NCBI GenBank assembly: GCA_951406725.2
Contig: OX597816.1
Coordinates: forward strand, 19,840,001-19,904,000
From: Octopus vulgaris
Lineage: Eukaryota
Direction of reading: 5' to 3'
Length of the DNA stretch: 64,000 bases
Part shown: positions 52,656 to 64,000 of the stretch, piece after piece
Position numbering within the stretch: position 1 is the first letter of the stretch
How the letters are laid out: each line of letters starts with the position of its first letter
Notes under the pieces: model-generated
Database searches by the model: none
Seen by the model: the letters and a program-made list of their open reading frames with translations, nothing else
What the model was told of the DNA's origin: nothing
Translations under genes and position numbers: made by a program

Positions 52656-54007
52656 TAAAACATGTATACATGGGTTCCGGTATTTAGAAGAAGATATTGA
52701 CGCATGCAGTTTAGTGATATAGACCTGAGAAGACTGTTCTGCATCAGTTTCAAGTTACGCAGATGGTTTAAATAACGGAATAAAATTGTGTCCTACCAAT
52801 CTCTCATAAACAGGCGTGCGGAAACAATGCAGCAGTTGTGCTAAGTAACAACAACTTGATTTTAGAGTATCCATCGTATGATCCTCAACTCAATTTATCG
52901 CTTATCAACAAATAGCAGTCCAATTACAATCTTATTTATTTTATTAAAATTTTATCGACTTCAGCAATTAGCTCTTAGACACTCAAATACAGTAATAGAC
53001 AGATTTATCCTATCTGTATTAAGATCCAAGTATCAGAAAATCGCCTTATATTAAAGGTAAGCCTGAAACTAAGTTACAAATATATTTCTGCTATATTAAA
53101 TATTTATGCAAATATGAATTGGAAAGATGAAAATCATATTGACCATCTTTTGCTCAATTTCTTCATTTTCTGTAAGAAAGATGAAAACGTCTATAAAGAA
53201 AATGTGTTAAACATGTGGAAAGTTTTATAATTATAATTGTTCAGAACATAAATTAATACAGATGCAATTATCGATGTAAGTATTAGTTTAACTGAGACAA
53301 GACTTAATTGGAAAAAATATGATGGCAATTAATAAGAATAGTATCAAAATGTCCATTAAATTTACTTCGTGTGTGTGTAATTATTGAATATATGTATGTA
53401 TGTACGTATTAAGCGAATACATTGCCAATGTGATTTAAATATATGTGCAAATGTAACTGTCAGAGCCTGTGTCTCTACATCATTATATCAATGTACCTAA
53501 CGCTATCTGTTTCAGTCTATCTAGCTACAAATTATACAAGAGGCCATTTACAAAGTTAAGCCACTTTAGATTAATATCCTTACGGATTTATCTCTTATCT
53601 TCTTAATGCTACAGAAGCCAGCGCTAAGCACCAGCTAGTCCAACGCGTCATACTGTCTCCGAAAATGCTTCACTCTCGCTTCTCTCCCATCCATATTTAT
53701 ATCAATTGACCAAGAATACATTTCATTGTAATATTCGATTTTCCCCCTATAACAGTAAATAGAATAATCGTTAGAGCATCGAAAAGAATTATGTTGCGGT
53801 ATTTCTTACCTCGTTCTGTTATAGGTTCAATCACACCTTTACTAAATTTCTCTTTTAAGGAATGCATCAATGAATTACTCGATTGAATACTCTCTAAATC
53901 ACTTCCCGTTCAAACAAAACTGGTTTTTAACTAAACTGGAGGCAATTATAAAAATTTTGCATTTCCTCAACTACTACTGCTGTTGCAGTAGAAAATTTGT
54001 GAAGGTC

Positions 54008-54243
54008 TATATTTCTTTACTACCCACAAGGGGCTAAGCACAGAGGGGACAAACAAGAACAGACGAACGGATTAAGTCGATTACATCGACCTCAGTGCGT
54101 AACTGGTACTTAATTTATCGACCCCGAAAGGATGAAAGGCAAAGTCGACCTCGGCGGAATTTGAACTCAGAACGTAACGGCAGACCTAATACGGTTACGC
54201 ATTTCGCCCGGCGGGCTAACGTTTCTGCCAGCTCGCCGCCCTT
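54008..54243 (-). mobile_element. SINE family A, full monomer
   Basis: Near-consensus copy. Confidence 0.9.
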
Positions 54244-55089
54244 AAATGTGTGATGGTTTAGTCTATTAATTCAATATCAGGACATCTCTGAATTTGGTTT
54301 ACAAGATTCTTGGTGGTAACTCGTGTGTTTGAATCATATTCTGTTCATCATAGGTAGGCAATTATGCCAATAATAAATATATGCGCTTATTCTTTTTCAC
54401 TTCTTATTGTTTGTCACTTAGTTGGTTTTTTTACTAATTAACTGATCGATTCTTTGATTAGCCCTTCGGTTAATCAAGCCATCAGTTATGTTTCTCTCAT
54501 TCCTTTCTTTACGATTCACAACCGCATCAATGTCATGTATTAATTCAGATCTGCTGCAGATCTCTATGTCATGACACATAAACAATATAGTGAAATAATA
54601 TGTGCGTGTTTATTATCGAGAAAGAAAACGACTTAAATCCCAAAATTCAAATAAGTAGTTGTCTGTTCTTTCTCGTTTTTAGCTGTCTCCAAAATGTTGT
54701 CCTTTGTGGAATTCGACCTCAGAACGTAAATGGGCAGTAACTATATGCTTACATCAATTCTCTTCATCTCCTACTATTTCTATAAAAGACAAACAGGGAA
54801 AACCTACAATGACATAGGTTTAGAAATTTTAAGGGAGAGAAAACATTTATTAAATCGACCAGAGTCGATAAGTACTGCTGTATTTTAACGAACCCAGAAG
54901 AAGAAAATTTATAGTTGACTTCGGCAGGCTTTTAAGGGAAAATCCTGTACAGTAACTCAGTCTATGGGATGAAGGGAAGTTTTGTTTTCTCTGCCACATT
55001 TTGATTTATAATAGGATGATTATTCTTATAATGACTCCCCCTTCAGAATTTGAACGTTTGAGCGCGTTAAAGCTTTACACCATTCGTAT

Positions 55090-56250
55090 CTCTATTTCTG
55101 AAAAGTGTACGCTTTGTATTAATTCTTGTTTTTCTTTTATCATTATATTAGTATTGCTTCTATAATCAATCTATTTCCGTGGAGAAATATATAATGCATG
55201 TAAGAAATTTCGGTTTTATATTGCCCTACTGGCTTTGATCTGCTGCGTCGAGTAACGCGTTAGCTACTTCCTTTGTATATTTACCGAGCCTATGAGAATA
55301 TATTGTACTTGTGTGGTCAATGTAACAGCTGGATTCATAAAGTTTACACATTCCACTTTAGCAGGGAATTTCATAAATCATATTCCTTCTGCTTTGTTTG
55401 TTCTCCCGTTTACGTGCTTCTGGTTTATTGCTAAAAAGGAAGTTGTCGATCATATTATTTTTGCAATCTATTACAAGGGTCAACTTCTGGTACGTCGTGA
55501 TTCATATTCTATTTCCTTTTATGTGACTTTTCATTAACTGTTATTCCGTACTGTACCGGATATGTATTTGATAAATATACAATTCTTCATTTGTAAAATG
55601 TGTATACGTTTTAGGACTACTGTTTAATGCATTATATTTCAGTTTATTTTTACCAACAGACCAGTCTAATATTATGGTATTTGTTATTTACTGTGGTTTA
55701 TTTCGTGATTCTTCTTTGTAAAAGAACGCAAATACTCTCCAAACAGTGGGTCACCAACAGGCTTTTTTATGTTATGTCGGTATTTCAAATTTCAATGGAG
55801 GTCTATGTATTTTTTCCTGTTTATGTAACCTCAAGGAATATACCTATAGTATATAGCTGATTCTTTATATCTAGAAATGATGTGAAATTAGTATTGTTTT
55901 CTGTGTTATATGTTAGTTCTGACACGTTCTTTAGGTCTCAACGATTTCTGATTTGTACACTCCAACTAACATATTGTCTATGTATTTGGAATCCATTTTG
56001 CTTTTCTTCAGTTTTTGATATTACTTCCTTTATAGATTTTGATTCACGTTTGGCTTACGAGAGAAACTATAGCTACTCCAGTTTGTATTTGGATATATAG
56101 CTTTCCCTTCGGCCAGTGTACTATAATTCTAATAGCGCAGTCTAATTATAGTTATATTTTGAATAAATTCTCTAGCATAGATGTTCTTTTCTAAGGAGTT
56201 TGCAAACGTTATCTTGGAAGAGTATCTATTATTTCTGTTGAAATAACTAC
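55090..56250 (-). pseudogene. Heavily decayed Penelope-like element (RT plus GIY-YIG)
   Basis: Minus-strand motifs in the expected order: YIQIQTGVAIVSL (GVAMGSPL), KYIDNM (YVDD), TSFLDI, then NMIYEIPC*SGMC..CYIDHTSTIYSHRL and RLIIEAILI (GIY-YIG). Confidence 0.65.
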
Positions 56251-57079
56251 CAAGAATTTTCTAGTCAAATTTTTTTTAAACAATTATACGAAAAACTATG
56301 TAGAATTGAGTCATTCATGGACTATTTTGAAAATCAGCTTGTGCGTTTCTGCCGAGATTGCGATCCTCAAACAACTCATTATAAAAACCTTTAATATATT
56401 TGTATTTCCCAATTGCTACTGGAATCATGACCGTTGATTACAAGGAGTTTTCTTTCATGAATATAGATAATTAACGGTAACACGGATTGTCAACGGAGAA
56501 AGTGAACCTGTAAGAATAGCATCTATATGGCAAAAAATATGGATGCGTAGTATTATAGCATTGCTTTTATTTTGTGGATTTAGCTGTCTTAGTGGATATA
56601 TGAATGTTGCAGCAGTATACGCGGATTGTATTTAATAATCTTTTGGTAGGAATACTAAAGTACACAATGTTATATGAATAATGTAGTTCATTAACTTTAT
56701 TTAATTAATTCTAATTAATACATTGTAAACACTCTCTGCATCGACATCATATATTTCAAAAGTGAAAATATGTGATTTTCAAGGATAACTAAAAGAAACA
56801 AGGAATGTTAAAATATAAATTTGTGATACGAAAATTGGAATCGGAGCAGAATATAAAGAGATGCTAGCAGTAAGAATCACTTGGATGAAGGAAGAAAATA
56901 AATCAGATCTGAAGGAAAATGGCTGAGAGTACAAAAGAAAGAAGAAATTAATTGATTGTCAAAGATTATGAGTTCGAGCATAAGAAATAAAGTACACCGC
57001 CATCAAAAAACATAATGTAGATGAACCACAGCTTAAATATATAAAACCCAGAGAAACTTTAGTAATGATATCAATAATC

Positions 57080-57570
57080 TTTTCTACTATAGGCTCATGA
57101 CCTGAAATTTTGGGGAAAGGAGCCAGTCAATCGTATCGACGCCAGTGCGTTACTGGGTCTTATTTCAACGACCCGGAAAGGAAGAAAGGGAAAGTAAACC
57201 TTGGCAGAATTTGAACTCAGAAATTAGCTGCAGACGAAATGTCGTATAGCATTTTGACCGGAGTGCTCACGATTTTGCCAGCTCTTCATCTTTGTGATGA
57301 TATTAATGTTTTCAAATTTTTGCCACAAGGACAGCTTGGGAGAGGAGATTAAGTCCGTTACATCGACACCAGTGCGTGACTGGTACTTATTTAATCGATA
57401 CTGAAAGGAAGCAAGCTCGCTGCCTTTGTACTGATGATAATATTACTATTGAAATGAAACCCGAGGTTGACTATGCCTTTCGTTTTATGCGATCGATGAA
57501 GTAAATACCAGTCGATTTCTGCGGTCGATGTAATACCGACAAATGCTCATCAACAAAATCATAGGCCTTG
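57080..57570. mobile_element. Cluster of degenerate SINE family A pieces
   Basis: GGCAGAATTTGAACTCAG, CTGGTACTTATTTAATCGA and GAGGTTGACTATGCCTTT motifs in both orientations. Confidence 0.65.
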
Positions 57571-57775
57571 TGATTTTATACTAGGACGGATTTTCATAAC
57601 ACGGTTATTAACAGAAAGAACGTGAGAGAGAGAGAAGGGAGGGGGAGAAAGAGGAGAAGAAAGAGAAACTGAGAGTATGTGAGAGAGAAAGGGGGATGAG
57701 AACGTGTGTATATATGCGTAAATGTTCATTTATATGAAGGTTTACAGGTGGTAATATTCTGCGCAAATATATATG

Positions 57776-57829
<54 letters not shown>

Positions 57830-57839
57830 TATATATATA

Positions 57840-58205
57840 GGCACAGGAGTGGCTGTGTGGTAAGTAGCTTGCTTACCAACCACATGGTTCCGGGTTCAGT
57901 CCCACTGCGTGGCATCTTGGGCAAGTGTCTTCTGCTATAGCCTCAAGCTGACCAAAGCATTGTGAGTGGAAACTGAGAGAAGCCTGTCGTATATATGTAT
58001 ATATGTATATGTATGTGTATGTTTGTGTGTCTGTGTTTGTCCCCCTAGCATTGCTTGACAGCCGATGCTGGTGTGTTTACGTCCCCGTCACTTAGCGGTT
58101 CGGCAAAGAGACCGATAGAATAAGTACTGGGCTTACAAAGAATAAGTCCCGGGGTCGAGTTGCCGAAGTCAAATGACTGAAACAAGTAAAAGAGTAAAAG
58201 AGTAT
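57840..58205 (+). mobile_element. SINE family B (tRNA head, CORE-like CTTGGGCAAGT segment)
   Basis: GGCACAGGAGTGGCTGTGTGGTAAGTAGC..GGGTTCAGTCCC..CTTGGGCAAGTGTCTTCT, with tail AAGTAAAAGAGTAAAAGAG, inserted in (TA)n. Confidence 0.88.
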
Positions 58206-58464
58206 ATATAACAGGTTAGCTAAGTTTGAGGTTAAATTAACCGTCTAAGGGATAGAAGATTCCATCCATTATTCTGCCGGTATATTACCTATATTTAACC
58301 ATAGGCATACATATACAAATATAATATGCTCATAATATTGGAAGCAGAAACAGCTGATAGATAGGATGCAGTCCATTTGTATTGAGTTAATAAATAATTG
58401 CTGTAAGTCAATTGTTGTTCATCAGTATTTCTCCGATTTTCTGTTTTCTTTCAATTATAAAATA

Positions 58465-58508
<44 letters not shown>

Positions 58509-58995
58509 CATTTCTCTTATTTGCTTTGTATATATAAATATATATAGAAAGTAAGAAAGACATTGACGTAATGCTCATATACAGTTAAACCAATCATCCT
58601 GGTATTAAGTGCAATCATTCAGCAGATTTTAAAACTGTCTGATGCTACACCTTATAAGATATGATGATTTCTCAGACGTCTGGGATATATCTAGCAGTAT
58701 TTTTCTGTCTGGCCAATGAAGCATCAGCCGAAATACTTCGTACTCAAATTAACAGTCATCAATCATAGTGCTTTCTTAATATCCTGTTTATTCCCATCTG
58801 GCCTAACTGACCTGCAAGATATTATGTTTCAACGTACCTTAATTTGAATAAACGAATAAAATTATATAAAAGTGTTATATCCAGGAGAAAATGAAACAAA
58901 CATAGACAAACACATTATAAGGTTTGTTTTCGATAAATGCCCGAATATATATGTGTGTGTGTGCTAGATACATATACATACAAACATACATACAT

Positions 58996-59045
<50 letters not shown>

Positions 59046-59807
59046 ACACACACATATATATATATACTCACATATATAAACATATACATGTACATGTAGG
59101 TATTTATACGTATGTACAAATGTGTGCGCATATACTTCTATTGGACTGTCAATCTATCTATCAATCTGTCTGCCTATCTCTCTCTCTCTCTCTCTCTAGT
59201 AATGTGTATTATAAAGGAATGTACGTATATTAGCATAATTATCTTTGTATATCTATCTTTCTATCTCTATACAAGTCTATGTATATCGACATTTATTTAC
59301 ACATAATATTTAAATAATATAAATTTGTAAATGTGATTTGTATGTGTGCATGGTGTTCCAATACGTATACATTATTTCACAAAGATAGATTAAATGAGAT
59401 GAAACGGGGTCATTGAGATTTTGTTGAAGAACTCTCTATTCAGACAGTTCTTTCTATGATCTATTTTATGAATCAAACATCTATTCATCATTCTCATTCA
59501 CACTATTTATATTATGCTTTCATTCAGCCTCTAAGGTTTTTCAAGACGATCATTTGAATATGAAGAAAGTAATACAGCTACGGATATCGTTTTTCTTATT
59601 TATCCTTCTTCTTGTTTCAGTCCTGTGTCTGCGGCCATGCTGGGGCACCACCTTAAGTCTAATGAATCGAACTCTGTATTTATTATTAAAAATGTGTCTT
59701 TTAAAGTTACTACTTATTCTTTCAGCCTCTTTCACCGAACCACTAAGCAGTGGTGGAGGACAAACACAAGCAGAAACATACGAACACAAGCACATACATA
59801 TATACTT

Positions 59808-59861
<54 letters not shown>

Positions 59862-59863
<2 letters not shown>

Positions 59864-60252
59864 CTCTTTACTCTTTTACTTGTTTCAGTCATTTGACTGC
59901 GGCCATGCTGGAGCACCGCCTTTTAGTCGAGCAAATCGACCCCGGGACTTATTCTTTGTAAGCCCAGTACTTATTCTATCTGTCTCTTTTGCCGAACCGC
60001 TAAGTGACGGGGACGTAAACACACCAGCATCGGCTGTCAAGCAATGCTAGGGGGACAAACACAGACACACAAACACACATAATTATACAGATATACGACA
60101 GGCTTCTTTCAGTTTCCGTCTACCAAATCCACTCACAAGGTTTTTGTCGGCCCGAGGCTATAGCAGAGAACACTTGCCCGAGATGCCATGCAGTGGGACT
60201 GAACCCAGAACCATGTGGTTGGTTAGCAAGCTACTTACCACACAGCCACTCC
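59862..60252 (-). mobile_element. SINE family B, full copy in (TA)n
   Basis: Reverse complement of the 57840 family. A degenerate 3' part also lies at 59600-59790. Confidence 0.9.
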
Positions 60253-60399
60253 TTATATATATATATATAAACACAGATATATATTTATATATACATATAT
60301 ACATACCTACATATATATGCATACATACCTAAATATATGCATACATTCATACATATAAATATAATACGTTAAGTAATATGGCTAAATTTGACGATATTT

Positions 60400-60835
60400 T
60401 AGGTGTCTGTTGTCCGGAACAGCTTCATGTATAGGTGAAATCTCAACGGCATTGTATAGGAGCACTCCGTCGGTTGCGACGATGGGGTCCCAGCTGACAC
60501 GATCAACGGAACAGCTTGCTCTTGATATTAACGTGCAAGTGGCTGAGCACTCCACAGACACATGTACCCTTAACGTAGTTCTCGAGGAGAATGAGCGTGA
60601 CACAGAGTGTGACAAGGCTGGCCCTTTGAAATACAGGTACAAGAGAAACAGGAAGAAAGAGCGAGAGAAAGTTGTGGTGAGAGAGTACAGCAGGGTTCAC
60701 AATCCCTGCCAGAGCCTCGTGGAGCTTTAGGTGTTTTCGCTCAATAAACACTCACAATGCCCGGTCTGGGAATCGAAACCGCGATCCTCCGACCGCGAGT
60801 CCGCTGCCCTAACCACTGGGCCATTGCGCATCCAC
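60400..60835 (-). mobile_element. SINE family C, long variant
   Basis: Minus-strand head GCGCAATGGCCCAGTGGTTAGGGCAGCGGACTCGCGGTCGG..GGTTTCGATTCCC and AAAACACCTAAAGCTCCACG, with a different 3' body from 52350. Confidence 0.82.
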
Positions 60836-60899
60836 GCAACGGCATTGTGCATCATCAAGATAAAATTTGTGGCTTAAGAAAATTTGTGGCTTAAGAAAA

Positions 60900-61240
60900 T
60901 TTGGAGGACGGGAAACGATCTGAATATTGGGAAAAAAAAACCATCTGTGCTGTGATGTCATGTACCCATTATGAAAATGCCGACATCAAGTCTGCTGCTC
61001 AGTACTGTGTGAACACTATAAAGTCCTTATTTGTACTTCATGAAATCGAAGTCCTCCAAACAACCTTAGTCTTTAGGTGTGTCTCCAGTGAGGGCGACGT
61101 TGTTGTCCAATACCTTTGAACAACACCTTCTGGTATAGACAGAAGTGAAAAGGATTGCTCTTGGAAGGCCATATATGTGACAACAGAATTCGACGCATTG
61201 CTGTAATTTCGGAAAGAGTCAGAAGTGTTTGTCGATATCG
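60900..61240 (+). pseudogene. Decayed Tc1/mariner-superfamily (maT/DD37D-like) transposase remnant
   Basis: VFRCVSSEGDVV and IALGRPYM*QQNSTHC..GKSQKCLS resemble the catalytic-domain segments MVxGVVSSEGxVMPP and GRPYVWQQDSAPCH. Confidence 0.6.
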
Positions 61241-62011
61241 AGGCATAGAACTGACACAACACTTTGGCAGACCACAGAGGCTCCGCACATAGCCGTAGAC
61301 AGACCGAGCCTTAATAGAAATCATGAACGGAACAGTAACACCCACCACGACACCACATGGCTAAAGACAGAAGGAAATAGAAGAGAGAGGGAAAAATCGT
61401 AAATACTACACAGACACATACAGAGTAGTACACACACAATAGACATATATGCACTTACCTATAATACATATGAAATATAGAGATCGATATATAAAAATAA
61501 AAATGACACTAATAAATAAATAAACAGATAAATAGATAAATATATTTGTCTCATAACTGTGATAAATATAAGAAATAGATATAGATATAATATAAATAAC
61601 AAATAAATAAATCCATATGAAGGGCATGGATAAAACAATATACGAAGGGAACCCATACACACACACAAGAAATTCCAAGGACGGCCACAACAATATCAGT
61701 AACACGAATAACAACGACAACAGCAAAGGCGATGACAACGATAACAATAACAACATGGGAACACCGTGGATGAACACACAAATACAGAGAGATACGGGAA
61801 CTGTATCAAGTTTTCGGGTATTAGGACATCAGCAGCACAATGGGGTAAAAGGATGGGGCTGAGGAGAAGGCAATAGTGCTAGTAAGAACTGTGACATAAA
61901 CATGCACACACATGCATATACACACAAACATAGACGCAAACGCATGCATACATACGGATACGCATCTTAAAAGAAAGCAATTGGAGCAAGAGCACACAAA
62001 AAACGAAAGGT

Positions 62012-62053
62012 TTTGCTGAAGAAGTCACAGATACGTGACGAAAGATTTCCAGA
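62012..62053 (+). ncRNA. Minimal type I hammerhead ribozyme (canonical core)
   Basis: UUUG-CUGAAGA-A-GUCAC-AGAUAC-GUGAC-GAAA-GAUU-UC-CAGA. Stem II is a perfect 5 bp, stem I is UUUG/CAGA and stem III is the near-palindrome AGAUUU. Confidence 0.68.
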
Positions 62054-62189
62054 CAATGGACATGAGCTAGAACAAAAATAAAATAAGAACAGTAATAAAC
62101 CAGTGAAGAACAAATATCTAGTGCGTGTGTTTATTTGGCAAAAAAATAATGACCATCCCGCAATACAACAAAACATATATTTTCGTGAA

Positions 62190-62402
62190 TCTCTTTTACT
62201 CCTTTACTCTGTCACCTGTTTCAGTCATTTGACTGCGGCCATGCTGGAGCACAGCATTTAATCGACCAAATCGACACCAGAACTTATTCTTTGTAAGCGT
62301 AATACTTATTCTATCGGTCTCTTTTGCCGAACCGCTAAGTTACGGGGACGTAAACACACCAGCATCGGTGGTCAAGCGATATTGGGTGGGGGCAAACACA
62401 GA

Positions 62403-62484
<82 letters not shown>

Positions 62485-62655
62485 GGCATTTGCGACGGCC
62501 TTCTTTCAATTTCCGTCTACCAAATCCACTAATAAGGCTTTGGTCGACCCAAGTCTATAGTAGAAGACAGTTGCCCAAGGTGCCACGCAGTGGAACTGAA
62601 CCCGGAACCATGTGGTTGGTAAGCATGCTACTTACCACACAGCCACTCATGCGCC
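62190..62655 (-). mobile_element. SINE family B, full copy with an internal (CA)n(TA)n
   Basis: Homologous to 59862-60252. Confidence 0.9.
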
Positions 62656-63137
62656 TATATATAATATAGTTAAATATATATTTTCATATTAATATTTCAT
62701 ATGCAATTTACATAAATTTTGACACAAAATTTCTGAATAACTATTATATAAATAAAACGCATTACTTATATTTTCTCTAATTTTGGCAGGTTCGTCTCTC
62801 AAGAACTTGTATATATTCATCATTTGCAGCTCTTATCCATAGATACAGATCACTGATCTTATTTGCATATTTATGGAGACACATATAGAAGTTAATATTG
62901 TTTTATGAAAATTCATTTTGCAGTTTTCTGTGTGTTTAGTAACTTTCCCATAGAAACGTTTGCGTGGAAACATACACTTTGCATCCATTTTCCATATTTC
63001 TTTGTAAAGTTTTTAAGAGCCTTCGTTCGTTTTAATAACGTTGTTCCCAATTTGTCTCTATATCAATCTAAATATCTCACTGCCCTGGCGGATCTTCTTT
63101 TCTTTTTCCCCGCCAAGTATAAACCTTTCCGCGTATA

Positions 63138-63374
63138 TACCTATTTCTTTACTACCCACAAGGGGCTAAACACAGAGGGGACAAACAAGGACAGACAAAC
63201 GGATTGAGTCGATTACATCGACCCCAGTGCGTGACTGGTACTTAATTTATCGACCCCGAAATGATGTAAGGCAAAGTCGACCTCAGCGGAATTTGAACTC
63301 ACAACGTAACGGCAGGCGAAATACGGCTACGCATTTCGCCCGGCGTGATAACGATTCTGCCAGCTCGCCGCCTT
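63138..63374 (-). mobile_element. SINE family A, full monomer
   Basis: Near-consensus copy. Confidence 0.9.
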
Positions 63375-63744
63375 ACATACCTACATCTATACATGCATAT
63401 ATGTACTTAAATATCTGCGTGTGTATGCACGTGTATGTGTGTAAGTATATGTTGAATACAATCATAATTAACTGATTCTCCTATATTTTCTTTTATCCAA
63501 AGCCAGGAACTTTTCCGCACATCCTCGTATGCCATGCCATTGTTTCTATGTTAGAAACAAAATTCATGGTGAGATGATAAATTAGCTGTCCGTGAAACAA
63601 TCTAGAAATCACATTGCCTCCAACAATAGCTACATTATTGTAGCAATTAGAACTATGCTTCTCTATATCTAGACATTGCAACCTCGGTTTGCTTTCTTAT
63701 ATATTATATTGAATTATACAATTACACATTGTATGTATTGAAGG

Positions 63745-63983
63745 TAGAGGCGCGTGGCTTAGTGGTTAGGGTGTCAGCATCCTGATCGTAAGGTTGTGGT
63801 TTCGATTTCTGGACCGCGTTGTGTTCTTGAGCAAAACACTTCATTTCACATTGCTCCAGTCCACTCAGATGGCAAATATGAGTAACGATGTGATGGACTG
63901 GCGTCCTGTCCAGCTGGGGAACACATACGCCATTGAAACCGGGAAACCGGGCCCATGATCCTGGCTAGGCTTTAAAAGGGCGT
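63745..63983 (+). mobile_element. SINE family C-related copy
   Basis: tRNA-like head GGCGCGTGGCTTAGTGGTTAGG..GGTTTCGATTTC, and a 3' part GACTGGCGTCC..GAAACCGGGAAACCGGGCCC shared with 52350. Confidence 0.8.
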
Positions 63984-64000
63984 GACAAGACAATATATAT

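Overview
This is AT-rich, microsatellite-dense animal DNA. I found no host exon, and almost all ORF-track hits are translations of (TA)n, (GATA)n or (CAT)n repeats. The repeat families look like those of an Octopus or other cephalopod genome (inference). The window is a mosaic of mobile elements. These include three tRNA-derived SINE families, a young but rearranged RTE LINE with an open 595-aa RT frame, and fragments of L1/Tx1, R4/Dong and CR1 LINEs. DNA transposon remnants include mariner, maT and hAT elements and a non-autonomous Helitron, plus Penelope-like element (PLE) remnants. The most notable signal is non-coding: about ten minimal type I hammerhead ribozyme (HHR) motifs in four to five sequence families. 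One family has a non-canonical CUGUNGA (A6U) core and is physically linked to the C-terminus of a Neptune-type PLE GIY-YIG endonuclease. Another is a tRNA-headed SINE-like unit with an embedded hammerhead that forms inverted structures at both loci where it occurs. A third carries a C8 core variant. All folds were derived by hand, and no activity or database novelty has been checked.
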